A DNA stretch of 64,000 nt from Nanobdellota archaeon. Lineage in GTDB: Archaea > Nanobdellota > Nanobdellia > Pacearchaeales > GW2011-AR1. The notes beneath the pieces are model-generated. The model saw only the letters and a program-made list of their open reading frames with translations. It was not told where the DNA came from and did not search any database. The stretch is from NCBI GenBank assembly GCA_030648155.1, contig JAUSIK010000013.1, positions 65,924-129,923 on the forward strand, given 5' to 3'. The position numbers and the translations under genes were made by a program. Positions 47,307 to 56,587 of this stretch are shown in pieces. Position 1 is the first letter of the stretch; every line of letters starts with the position of its first letter.

Positions 47307-47407
47307 ACTTTAATCATGTATTCATAGTTTAAATATTTTTGGTCCAGAGGGTGTAACTTTGGAGAGGTTCAAGCTAGTATAGTTATTTTAAAAACATGTT
47401 CAATTTT

Positions 47408-48286
47408 CTAAAACCACTTCTTTAATGATTGGTTTTGGTATTTAGAGAGATTAGTCTCAAACTGCCAGAAGTTTATTTGTCCATTTGGATTTTTTGTATA
47501 TATTCCTTTTTGGGTATCAAAGGTTACTTCGAAGTTACTGCCTGAGAATTTTTCTTTCATATATCTTAACACCTCTATTCTCTCTTTTTGTTTATTTGAA
47601 AGTGTAGTATTCTGATTATCCAATCTTGTTTGATTTGTACTTAAGTTACATGTTGGGCAATCCAGACTATAAAATGCAGCAACACCGCTAAAAAAGTCAG
47701 CTATTTGACATAAAGGAAATTTCTTAGAATCTACTTGTTCTATCTCTGATACGGCAAAATCTTTTTTTATCTCAAAAATGTGACTTCCATCTTCTTTCTT
47801 CTTGATAAATATTTTTGATGAAATATTATCCAAAATCTTCTTTAATTCTTCCCAATTAATTACTCCCTGCTCATCTGGAAATATAACCCATTCTGCTTCC
47901 GAAGACCACCTTTTTGTAAATACATTTTTGAACAAGTGGAAATACATTTTTCCCAAGATAGTGTTATTGTCTTCTGGAATTTGTTCCTTTCTTTTATAGG
48001 AGTTCCAAATAACAACATCGATTCTTAGAGTTTTATCTTTTAGAAACTGAAAAACCAAGTCAATAATTTTTTTGGCGGCTAATCTTTCTCTTGCGCTTCC
48101 TAGTTTAGACCATTTAAATTCCTTAAGCCCAGATTCTGTTAAGAGTTTTGCCATTTTATTTTCGATTAAGCTAACAGCTTTCAGTTCCATAGATAGCATA
48201 CATATTGAGCTATATTCTCCTCCGTGATAATATGATTCATCAGAGTAAGCTACATGAGTATGATTTTTTTTATTCCTTTCTTCCAT
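47408..48286 (-). CDS. DUF3800-like protein
   Basis: VAYSDESYYHGGEYSS parallels the YIDESG start of DUF3800, and LCQIADFFSGVAAF parallels the QIADLIA motif. Confidence 0.4.
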   Translation of the reverse strand: MEERNKKNHTHVAYSDESYYHGGEYSSICMLSMELKAVSLIENKMAKLLTESGLKEFKWSKLGSARERLAAKKIIDLVFQFLKDKTLRIDVVIWNSYKRKEQIPEDNNTILGKMYFHLFKNVFTKRWSSEAEWVIFPDEQGVINWEELKKILDNISSKIFIKKKEDGSHIFEIKKDFAVSEIEQVDSKKFPLCQIADFFSGVAAFYSLDCPTCNLSTNQTRLDNQNTTLSNKQKERIEVLRYMKEKFSGSNFEVTFDTQKGIYTKNPNGQINFWQFETNLSKYQNQSLKKWF

Positions 48287-48787
48287 AAAGTTCCAACTAG
48301 GAAATTTAACTCCCTATTTCTCATTTTTATCTGTGGTGTACATTGAAAATTATCTTGAATGCGCCTATCGCTCCAAGTATAGTTATTAATCCCGTAGCCG
48401 GAATATAAATGCCGTCTAGCCAAATAGCCCAGACTAAGCTACATACTAACCAACCGATTAGGAAAACTACTAGGTCTGCTAAATCCATTTTTGTCTTACC
48501 TCCTTTGAGATTCAGTTCTCTTTTCTACAGTAAGACCAGAACTTGTTTAAGAGGTCTTACTAACCTCTTTTTTTCATTTATCTGACTAATAATTCAAATT
48601 TATAAAATTTTCTGTTCTCTAGAATTTCTCTAATTTTTAAAAAATATAACTCTAACGCTCCTACGGGAGCACTCAACCATTTCCAAAATTTCTTATAGAC
48701 GATAAAAATGTCTGAGATCGTGCAAACATTGACCCAAGGTGACACGCCCTCACGAGATTATTATTTAGAATGAATGCCTTAGAAAAA

Positions 48788-49729
48788 TTATCCTGCCTTT
48801 TTTTCTTTATTTTTGTCTGAAGGGGAGACTTTTGATCTTATTTTATCTTCTAATTTTAGTTTATCAATAAGCTCTTTATAACGATTTCTTATAGTTACTT
48901 CTGTTATTCCAGCTACATCCGCAACTTCTCTTTGAGTGCGTTTTTCATCGTTAAGGAGAGAGGCTACATAAAGAGCTGCAGCTGCGATTCCTGCCGGACC
49001 TCGACCAGAGGTTAATTCTACAATATCTGCTTTTTTTAGAATCTTTAGAGCATCATTCTGGCTTTTTGGAGTTAGATGCAAAATAGATGCGAATCTAGAA
49101 ATATAGTCTTTAGGCGAAGAAGGAGTTACTTTAATTTTTAATTTTCTTACTATAAATCTATAGGTTCTTCCTATTTCTTTTCTTTCTACGTCTGATGCAC
49201 CTGCTATTTCATCTAATGTTCGTGGGATATTGTATGAACGACAGGCTGCGTAAATACACGCTGCGATTACAGATTCCATTGATCTTCCACGAACTAGACC
49301 TCTTTGAAGAACATAATTATAGATTCTTGATGCTTCATCTCTTATTACTGAAGGTAGACTCAAGAATGAGGCTACTCTTCTCAATTCTGCCATTGCTAAT
49401 CTTAAATTTCTTTCAATTGATGTAGAAACTCTTTCTTGCCATTTTTTTAACCTCAAGAATTTACGAGTTTGCCCTGCTTCTAATTTATAGATATCTGAAA
49501 TTTCTCCGACGTTTGTGGTTAGACCTTTGTCATATTTTTGCATAGAAATAGGTGCGCCACCACGTCCTTTTTTTTCTGATTTGTCGAACTGGCCTCCTGC
49601 ATCCTGGCCTGTATCGACCATTTTTTCTTCGATAATTAGACCGCATTCATTGCATACTATTTCACCTTTTTGATCATCATAAGTAAGGTTTACACTTCCA
49701 CATTCCGGGCATCTTTTTACGTAGGTCAT
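48788..49729 (-). CDS. tfb: transcription initiation factor IIB (TFB)
   Basis: N-terminal zinc ribbon CPECGS...CNECG, then a B-finger, then two cyclin-fold repeats. 313 aa. Confidence 0.9.
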   Translation of the reverse strand: MTYVKRCPECGSVNLTYDDQKGEIVCNECGLIIEEKMVDTGQDAGGQFDKSEKKGRGGAPISMQKYDKGLTTNVGEISDIYKLEAGQTRKFLRLKKWQERVSTSIERNLRLAMAELRRVASFLSLPSVIRDEASRIYNYVLQRGLVRGRSMESVIAACIYAACRSYNIPRTLDEIAGASDVERKEIGRTYRFIVRKLKIKVTPSSPKDYISRFASILHLTPKSQNDALKILKKADIVELTSGRGPAGIAAAALYVASLLNDEKRTQREVADVAGITEVTIRNRYKELIDKLKLEDKIRSKVSPSDKNKEKKAG

Positions 49730-49764
49730 AGAACTTAATCCAAAAGCTTTAAAAGAGTTACTAT

Positions 49765-49785
49765 TTTCCTATATATAAAGCTTTC
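49765..49785 (-). promoter_or_regulatory. putative BRE/TATA element (minus strand cgaaagCTTTATATAtagg) about 40 nt upstream of the tfb ATG
   Basis: A TTTATATA octamer lies between the S8e stop and the tfb start. Confidence 0.4.
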
Positions 49786-49802
49786 GGTGTTATCGACGAG
49801 GG

Positions 49803-50162
49803 TCAATCAACAAGAATAGCATTTACCATCCCTTCTTGTGAGGGTCTATTGGTAATTTTTGCTTTTCCTAGTGAAGTTTCGATAATAGCACTTTTCACAA
49901 GCCTATTTTGCCTTGCTAGAAATCTATTTTGAGGAGTTTCTATAACATTTTTTATATTTGCTTTTTGAATTTTTCCTTTAACTAAAAGGTTTACAGTATT
50001 GGCTTTTAATAATATTGTTTTTCTTTTTCCCCCAGTAGGTCTTATTTTTTTACTTTTGTTTTCTCCAAGAATAACTGGCCTTTCTTGGTTTTTCTTTTCA
50101 TGATGCTTTTTCTTTCTACGTGCATGATATTTTCCGCCAGTTATTTTTCTTCCTAATTTCAT
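49803..50162 (-). CDS. rps8e: ribosomal protein S8e
   Basis: MKLGRKITGGKYHARRKKKHHE parallels the S8e N-terminus (GRSLRKPSGGRYRPARKK). The C-terminal region NAILVD is also S8e-like. Confidence 0.7.
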   Translation of the reverse strand: MKLGRKITGGKYHARRKKKHHEKKNQERPVILGENKSKKIRPTGGKRKTILLKANTVNLLVKGKIQKANIKNVIETPQNRFLARQNRLVKSAIIETSLGKAKITNRPSQEGMVNAILVD

Positions 50163-50287
50163 ATAGGGAGGGAATAACAGTGGTTTATAAAGATTTCTAG
50201 AGGGTTTTTATTTACTAATTAATTCTACAGTTAACATACATAATTGACAAACGTAAAGTTTAAATACGGTTGTGATGAAAACTTGAT

Positions 50288-50533
50288 ATGGTTAATGGAA
50301 TAGAAAGACCTCTTGACTTGTTAAATCAGGCAAAAGGCAAAGAAGTTTTGATTCAACTAAAAGGGAATCAACAGTTTGTTGGAACTTTAATGGCATTTGA
50401 TATGCATATCAATGTGGCATTAGATAATGCAAAAGAAGTTGTTGATGGAGAAGTAAAGAAAAATATCGGATTGACATTCTTAAGAGGGGATACAATAATT
50501 TATATCTCGCCAGCATCTATATCTGCTAGATAA
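50288..50533 (+). CDS. Sm-like archaeal protein (SmAP/LSm)
   Basis: The Sm1 motif is VLIQLKGNQQFVGTLMAFDMHINVAL and the Sm2 motif is LRGDTIIYI. Confidence 0.85.
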   Translation: MVNGIERPLDLLNQAKGKEVLIQLKGNQQFVGTLMAFDMHINVALDNAKEVVDGEVKKNIGLTFLRGDTIIYISPASISAR

Positions 50534-50928
50534 TGGGCGAAGAAAAATATAGTTCTAAAATTGAGTTTGGTGATGATTGTTTAGATATTAAAATAAGTTA
50601 TGACGCTAGATTTACTAGAGAAGATTATAATCAGGCTTTAAATTATTTTGAATGGAGGGCTTCAAAACAAAATAATACGGTGGATAGGGATCAAATTGAG
50701 GTTTCACCTAAAGAAGGAGAAATAAGAAAAGTTGAAACAGCTTTAAGAGTTAAATTAAATGATGATCTGCTTGCTGAAAGGGCAAAAATATTAATTAAAG
50801 CGCCTTATGTTATTCCTTTGCTTGTTCAGGATTTAGTGCATTATAGGGAGAGTAATGAACTTTTAGAGGAAGAAGAGAGACTAATTGGTTATGCAATTAC
50901 TCAGCTTGAAAAGACTTTAGAGAAGTAA
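50533..50928 (+). CDS. hypothetical protein
   Basis: ORF only. Its ATG overlaps the Sm gene stop. Confidence 0.3.
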   Translation: MGEEKYSSKIEFGDDCLDIKISYDARFTREDYNQALNYFEWRASKQNNTVDRDQIEVSPKEGEIRKVETALRVKLNDDLLAERAKILIKAPYVIPLLVQDLVHYRESNELLEEEERLIGYAITQLEKTLEK

Positions 50929-51813
50929 TGAATCAAAGTCTTTTGCTATGGATACTTTTTTGAAAACTTTTTTAGCTTCTTTTTCTATTTTTTGAAGATT
51001 ATATTCATAACGCTGTGAGATATGAGTGAGGATTAAATTTTTTACTTTTGCTTTTTTTGCAATTGTTGCTGCTTCTACCGAAGTCAGGTGCTTGAATTCT
51101 TTAGCATGCTCTTCTTCTTCAATGGAGAATGATGATTCTATTATTAGCAAGTCAGAGTCTTTAGCTATTTTTACTGCGTTTTCATTATATTTTGTATCTA
51201 ATATTAGTGATACTTTTCTTCCTTTTTCGATGTATGAAACTTGTGAGGCTTTTATTTTTTTATTATTAAATTTAATGTCTTTACCTTCTTGCAGGTTTTT
51301 TAGGAGTGGAGAATTTGGGAGTTTAAACTTTTTAATTTTATTTTTATCAAGCCTTCTTTTTTCTTTTATTATGAATGCATAAGCATTGCAACGCGAGGTA
51401 TGATCCATTGGTTTAGTTTCTACAGTAAAATCTTTTTCATCAATAAATACTTGGTTTTCTACTTCATGGACTTCTAACGGTATCTTAATGTGGACTAATT
51501 CCTGCAATAGAGACATATAATGCTTTGTTCCTTTAGGGCCATATAATTTTAGCGTTTTGTTGTAGCCTTGCATTGCTAAAGTTTGCAATAGTCCAGGAAG
51601 GCCTAGAACATGATCACCATGCCAGTGTGTAATTAGGATTCTTGTTATTTTTGAAGGGCTAATTTCTGCTATTTTAAATTGGCGCTGTGTCCCTTCACCG
51701 CAATCTAAAAGAATATTTTCATTCTTATATGAAAGAAGAATAGCTGAATGGTTTCGAGTTTTTGATGGAATAGAATTTGAAGTTCCAAGAAAGTTAAGGT
51801 TTATTTTTTCCAT
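50917..51813 (-). CDS. rnz: ribonuclease Z (tRNase Z), metallo-beta-lactamase fold
   Basis: ITHWHGDHVLGLPGLL matches the HxHxDH motif. About 300 aa. Confidence 0.8.
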   Translation of the reverse strand: MEKINLNFLGTSNSIPSKTRNHSAILLSYKNENILLDCGEGTQRQFKIAEISPSKITRILITHWHGDHVLGLPGLLQTLAMQGYNKTLKLYGPKGTKHYMSLLQELVHIKIPLEVHEVENQVFIDEKDFTVETKPMDHTSRCNAYAFIIKEKRRLDKNKIKKFKLPNSPLLKNLQEGKDIKFNNKKIKASQVSYIEKGRKVSLILDTKYNENAVKIAKDSDLLIIESSFSIEEEEHAKEFKHLTSVEAATIAKKAKVKNLILTHISQRYEYNLQKIEKEAKKVFKKVSIAKDFDSLLL

Positions 51814-51848
51814 TTTTTTAAGAAGTGAAAGGTGTTTAAATAGGTTAC

Positions 51849-52532
51849 TTAGCGTTTGATTGTTAGGGCTTTTATATCATCCTGCCAGGGTAATTCTCGC
51901 AATTCTGAAAGGTAATATGTAATAAATCTAATTGGATATGCTCTTAGTTTTTTTTGATAATGGTCATTTGAGGAACTTTGCAAGATTTTTCCATTATGAA
52001 TGCTAATGAGTTCTTCTGCGAAAGGAGAATTAAAATATAAACTTGTAAATTCCTTATTAGTTTTGTAGGATTTTCTTTTGGCGTTTAATCTAATTCCCCC
52101 TTTATCTTTAAGAAGATATTCTTCTAGGGTTTTGTTTGATTGGTGAGGCTCTTTTGCAGGTTTTGATAGATTTAATCTATGGATTCTTTCCCATTTTCTA
52201 TAAGAGGGGAGCCATTCTTTTGGAATTGATTGTCGTTGAGCGAATGAAAGGTACAATTCAAAATGATATAATGCATCTACTCTGTTGTTTGTCTCAAATT
52301 TTTCCAAATCTAGAAACTCAACATTTGATTTAGGGCTTTGAGGTTTTACGCAGACTTGGTATTTTTTAGATTTGCCGTTGTTAAGAACTGAAAGACTTAG
52401 TCTAACGGGTTTATTATTATAATTAAAGTATAAGGAGTAATGAAATGCATCTTTTTCTTCTTCTGTTTTTATTGTTAATGCAATATTAGCTCTATCAACA
52501 ATTAATGAAAGAGAGGAATTTATATTTTTCAT
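51849..52532 (-). CDS. hypothetical protein
   Basis: ORF only. Confidence 0.3.
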   Translation of the reverse strand: MKNINSSLSLIVDRANIALTIKTEEEKDAFHYSLYFNYNNKPVRLSLSVLNNGKSKKYQVCVKPQSPKSNVEFLDLEKFETNNRVDALYHFELYLSFAQRQSIPKEWLPSYRKWERIHRLNLSKPAKEPHQSNKTLEEYLLKDKGGIRLNAKRKSYKTNKEFTSLYFNSPFAEELISIHNGKILQSSSNDHYQKKLRAYPIRFITYYLSELRELPWQDDIKALTIKR

Positions 52533-52633
52533 TAGGATTTGTCAATTTGATATTATTTAAACCTTTTTTAGTATTTGTTTGAGTAGTAACGGGGCGAAGA
52601 AAAGTTTAAATAGGGATTTAGAATATTTTAATC

Positions 52634-52831
52634 ATGGATAAATGGAGTGAATTATTACTGGGATTGATTTTAGTAATTGTTCCTATCGTGATTGCATTTT
52701 ATTCTCAAAGTTGGGGAGCCTGGGATTTTTGGAGTGCTGCTTGGAATTTCTTTAAGGGCGGATTATTCTGGGTGGTTGTAATGGTTGGTGTTTTATTCAT
52801 TCTTTTAGGTATTAGTGATTTGAAGGGATAG
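52634..52831 (+). CDS. small membrane protein (2 TM, Trp-rich)
   Basis: ORF only. Confidence 0.25.
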   Translation: MDKWSELLLGLILVIVPIVIAFYSQSWGAWDFWSAAWNFFKGGLFWVVVMVGVLFILLGISDLKG

Positions 52832-52833
52832 AT

Positions 52834-53286
52834 ATGGATTATAGAGAAGAGCTGAATAGGGCAGATGAAGAGATTAAAGATTCTTATGAATGGGATGTTA
52901 TTTCTAAATATACTTGTATAATTGACAAAGTTTACAGGCAAACTGCAAAGATACTGAAAATTGCTGAAGTAGAAAGAGTAACTTTAAAGCGAGGAGATTA
53001 TTTTTTTACTAGTGAAGGGGAGCTGTATCATCAGCACGTTAGTCGAAGAGGGAGTATAGGAACTATAAGTTTTATTCATAGTGCGGATAATCTTTCTGAA
53101 ACTTCAATAATGAGTTTTGCTCCAAGATTATTAAAATCTTCATCTGAAGGTTATCAAAATTTGTCAAATGGAGAGATTTCTCAAAGAGTTTTAAGGGAGT
53201 TTATTGATGATCTTGTAATTAGTAGCTATGAAGCTGTAGGTCAAAAACTGGAATTAAAACAGTTGGATATGGTAAAGGATAGGTAA
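52834..53286 (+). CDS. hypothetical protein
   Basis: ORF only. Its N-terminus MDYREEL resembles that of the next ORF, MEYREDF. Confidence 0.3.
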   Translation: MDYREELNRADEEIKDSYEWDVISKYTCIIDKVYRQTAKILKIAEVERVTLKRGDYFFTSEGELYHQHVSRRGSIGTISFIHSADNLSETSIMSFAPRLLKSSSEGYQNLSNGEISQRVLREFIDDLVISSYEAVGQKLELKQLDMVKDR

Positions 53287-53287
53287 G

Positions 53288-53656
53288 ATGGAATATAGAG
53301 AAGACTTTATGGTTTTTGGAGAAGAGCTGGATAGGTTGGGGTTGGTTTATAGCCACACTAACGTTAATAATGTTTTAAAAGGAACTAATTTCTCTTCAAT
53401 GTATTTTATTGCTAAAAAACCTGGACTCTTAAAACGTGTTTTTGGAGATGGATCTTACGATTCTGTAGGAGATATAGTTTCTAACTTTTTTGATTATGAG
53501 CATAGTTGTGATATTTGTCCTTTAAGAATAGAAGTTATTAATCAAAAATATGCTCCAAAATTAAGGGAATTTGCTAAAAGTTATCGGGACAGAACTGGAA
53601 GGGAAGTTGAATTGATTATTGATGATGGGGTAGAATCGTCAAGAGCTATGAAATAA
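53288..53656 (+). CDS. hypothetical protein
   Basis: ORF only. Separated by 1 nt from the previous ORF, so probably in an operon with it. Confidence 0.3.
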   Translation: MEYREDFMVFGEELDRLGLVYSHTNVNNVLKGTNFSSMYFIAKKPGLLKRVFGDGSYDSVGDIVSNFFDYEHSCDICPLRIEVINQKYAPKLREFAKSYRDRTGREVELIIDDGVESSRAMK

Positions 53657-53724
53657 TTGATATTAAGGTTTCTTTAGTTTAGATGCATGATAATAGGTAA
53701 ATTTAATAATAACATTTATTTGTT

Positions 53725-54105
53725 TTGAGTATGAATGGAAAGAGGGTTGTCAAAGTTTTAGGAATTTTAAGTATTGTTTATGCGGCATTACATATTTTAT
53801 TTATTCTTTTAGTTTTTTCCTCTTTATACATATTTAGTAATGTTTTTGGAGGAAATTCTTCTTGGTTTCTTGATTTAATAACTCAGAGGAATGCTCTCTT
53901 GCTAGAGATTCTTGTATTCTCTTTAATTTATTTTTCATTATATATTTTAGCTGGAATTGGATTAGTTAATTATAAAGACTGGGCTAGAACTTTATTGATA
54001 GTTTTGTCTATAGTTGGTTTGTTATACTTTCCTATAGGGACCATTGTAGGAATAATATTTTTGATATTCTTATTTAATAAAGATGTTTCTAAAACATTAA
54101 ATTAA
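53725..54105 (+). CDS. membrane protein (4 TM)
   Basis: Hydrophobic segments only. Confidence 0.35.
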   Translation: MSMNGKRVVKVLGILSIVYAALHILFILLVFSSLYIFSNVFGGNSSWFLDLITQRNALLLEILVFSLIYFSLYILAGIGLVNYKDWARTLLIVLSIVGLLYFPIGTIVGIIFLIFLFNKDVSKTLN

Positions 54106-54146
54106 ATCTTCGCAATTAATATATACTTTAACTTGTTTTTTACTTT

Positions 54147-55307
54147 ATGACAGAATGCAGAATATGCGGGGAAGAGGATTGCAAAGAACACAGCATGTTC
54201 ATTGGGAAGGTTAGAAAAATTGATAGTTTTTCTGGAAGTTCTCCCCCTGAAGTTTTTGTGGGGAAATGGAATTATCCAAATGTATATGTGGGCATATTGT
54301 CGCCTGAAGAGTATGGGAATACAAAAATTATGTCTAGCCATGAAGAGTGGCATTCTAAAAAACTAGAAATACAGGATGTTGTAAATTTAAGGAACAAATT
54401 AATATACGGCAGAACGCAGAATAATATTAAAAAAGTTTTAAATGCAAATAGATTTATGAGTGTACTGCAGGAGGTTGCAATGACTTCTAAATCAGTTGCA
54501 AGCCAGTTTGTTTTAAAGAAACCAATTAGCAGGAATGATGAAAAAGAGAATAGGGTGCCTTTGATATCCAACGCTGCCCCTGTCGAGAGTGTGAAACTAG
54601 AGGAGAACCCTAAGATAGAAAAGAAGGTTGAATATTTAGTTGGGGATAGAGATGTTAAATCTAAACAGGCTTTAATTGAACTTGAAAAAGGAGGGATCGA
54701 TACTTCGACCATGATAAAATTACTATCTGCTGGATTATTAGGGGTGGGGAAGAATAGGAAATTAGTTCCAACTAGATGGAGTATAACAGCAGTGGATTCT
54801 AATTTATCAGAAGAAAAAATTGATAAGATAAAGTATTATTCCAGTATATCTGATTACATGGTTTTTCATGATGAGTATGTAGGAAATCATTATGAGATTT
54901 TATTAATTCCAAGATACTGGAGTTTCGAGGTAATAGAAATTTCTTTAAAGAATTTTGGAATATGGAAAGATTATGAGACTATTTTTAAAAGGAAAAAATA
55001 TGCAGAATCAGTTACAGGAGCTTATTATGCAAATAGACTAGGGGTAACTGAATATTTAGAAAGCATAAGGAGGCAGGCTACTGTATTAATTTTTAGAGAG
55101 ATTAAGCCTGAATACTATGCACCTTTGGGCGTGGGAATATTAAGAGAAACAACTAGAAGCGCAATGAAAGGAGAGGGGAAAAAATTTAGTAATTTGAAAG
55201 AGGCTTTAGATGATATTCAGACTAGATTAAGAATTCCTGTAGGGAGATATTTGAAAGAAAGTTCATTAATGATTGAAATGCAACAGAGGAGTTTAAGTGA
55301 TTTTTAG
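54147..55307 (+). CDS. conserved archaeal protein with an N-terminal Cys cluster and a C-terminal PIP-like motif (possibly Nre-family)
   Basis: The N-terminus is CRICGEEDCKEH. The C-terminus ends QRSLSDF, a PIP-box-like Q-x-x-L-x-x-F. The family assignment is uncertain. Confidence 0.3.
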   Translation: MTECRICGEEDCKEHSMFIGKVRKIDSFSGSSPPEVFVGKWNYPNVYVGILSPEEYGNTKIMSSHEEWHSKKLEIQDVVNLRNKLIYGRTQNNIKKVLNANRFMSVLQEVAMTSKSVASQFVLKKPISRNDEKENRVPLISNAAPVESVKLEENPKIEKKVEYLVGDRDVKSKQALIELEKGGIDTSTMIKLLSAGLLGVGKNRKLVPTRWSITAVDSNLSEEKIDKIKYYSSISDYMVFHDEYVGNHYEILLIPRYWSFEVIEISLKNFGIWKDYETIFKRKKYAESVTGAYYANRLGVTEYLESIRRQATVLIFREIKPEYYAPLGVGILRETTRSAMKGEGKKFSNLKEALDDIQTRLRIPVGRYLKESSLMIEMQQRSLSDF

Positions 55308-55313
55308 AGGATA

Positions 55314-55868
55314 TCACTTTTTACCAACAGCTTCCTTGATATTTTTGTTAAGTTGGCGCATAGACTCTTCTAACTGCTGTTTATTCTTTGTACCAGTACA
55401 GACTAGTTTTCCATTGCTAAATAAAAGGAAGGTGGCTGTTGGGTCTGTAAGCTTATATACAAGCCCTGGAAACTGCTCTGGTTCATATTCTGTGTTTTCT
55501 AATTGAAGAGCTAAAACATTAAGATTAAGACTTAAATCAATGCTTCCAGATGCAACAATATTTTGAACTGTAATTTTTGGCTTGTCTGTTATTCTTACCC
55601 CAATTTTTGCTATTTGTTTTATAACTTGCTCTATTACTTCTTTTACTTGCGCTACACTTTTAGTTCCTGTGCAAACAAGATTTCCTGATGAGAAAACTAA
55701 AACTGCCGATTTAGGCTTTTTAATTCTTAAAACTAGACCTGGGAATTGTTCGGGATTATACTCTGTATTAGACTGTACACGAGCTAATTTTGTTAGAGAG
55801 ACTGGTTTTCCAAGGGACGTCGTAGCAACAATATTTTGAACCTTTAAATTAGAGTTAGATTCTGCCAT
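55314..55868 (-). CDS. tbp: TATA-box-binding protein
   Basis: Two direct repeats, QNIVATTSLGKPVSL...LVFSSGNLVCTGTK and QNIVASGSIDLSLNL...LLFSNGKLVCTGTK. 184 aa. Confidence 0.9.
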   Translation of the reverse strand: MAESNSNLKVQNIVATTSLGKPVSLTKLARVQSNTEYNPEQFPGLVLRIKKPKSAVLVFSSGNLVCTGTKSVAQVKEVIEQVIKQIAKIGVRITDKPKITVQNIVASGSIDLSLNLNVLALQLENTEYEPEQFPGLVYKLTDPTATFLLFSNGKLVCTGTKNKQQLEESMRQLNKNIKEAVGKK

Positions 55869-55978
55869 TTTATCATTCTTTATGTTATTTAAAAAGGAAG
55901 ATGCTTTATAAAGCTTTCTTTTAGGCCTGTTGTTCGGAAAATACTAAAATATTAATACACTTGAGCATATAAACGAAT

Positions 55979-56386
55979 GTGGAAAAGACCCATCGTTCAT
56001 CTATTCGTGAGAAGAAAGTTAAGAAAGAAGATATTAATGATGAGAACTATCCTGGGAAGCTAATAATTGAGTGGAGGAATAGAGCACACAGTCCATTTGG
56101 GGAGTATATATTAAGGTATGACAAAGGAATTTTTCAGCAGAGGATTTATTATGAACTGGATAAAAAATATGGATTTTACATATTATACTTTAACGGGAGT
56201 TGTTTTGGGACAATTCCTAAGGGCAAGTCGGCCGAAGAGGATCAGGAGAGTGTAAATAAAAGGTTATATGAAAAAATCAATTTAGAAGCGCTTTACCAAC
56301 TTGAACTTGTAAATGATAAGTCGAAAGGTAGAGAAATTACACTAGAGGGAAAAATTCATATTTTTGAGAAAAAGCAGGTTTTATGA
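55979..56386 (+). CDS. hypothetical protein
   Basis: ORF only. Confidence 0.3.
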   Translation: MEKTHRSSIREKKVKKEDINDENYPGKLIIEWRNRAHSPFGEYILRYDKGIFQQRIYYELDKKYGFYILYFNGSCFGTIPKGKSAEEDQESVNKRLYEKINLEALYQLELVNDKSKGREITLEGKIHIFEKKQVL

Positions 56387-56587
56387 TTTTTTATGGGGCA
56401 TATTTATTTCTTTTTTCTTTTTTTTCTTTCTTTTATAATACTCTTCTAAAGGATCATTAGGATTTACTAAATCTGGCTCTTGAAACTTTTCATCACTTTC
56501 ACTTTTTTCATAATTCCCTTGGTGTTTCACAATAGGTCTAGGGGAATTTATTAGAAATATGTACGCTGTTTTTAACAGGCTTCTTTT

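Noticed and set aside
50533-50928. Possibility that the ORF after the Sm gene is ribosomal protein L37e, the usual archaeal neighbour
   Set aside because: No C4 zinc ribbon or basic L37e signature. The sequence is acidic and 131 aa, so it is kept as hypothetical.
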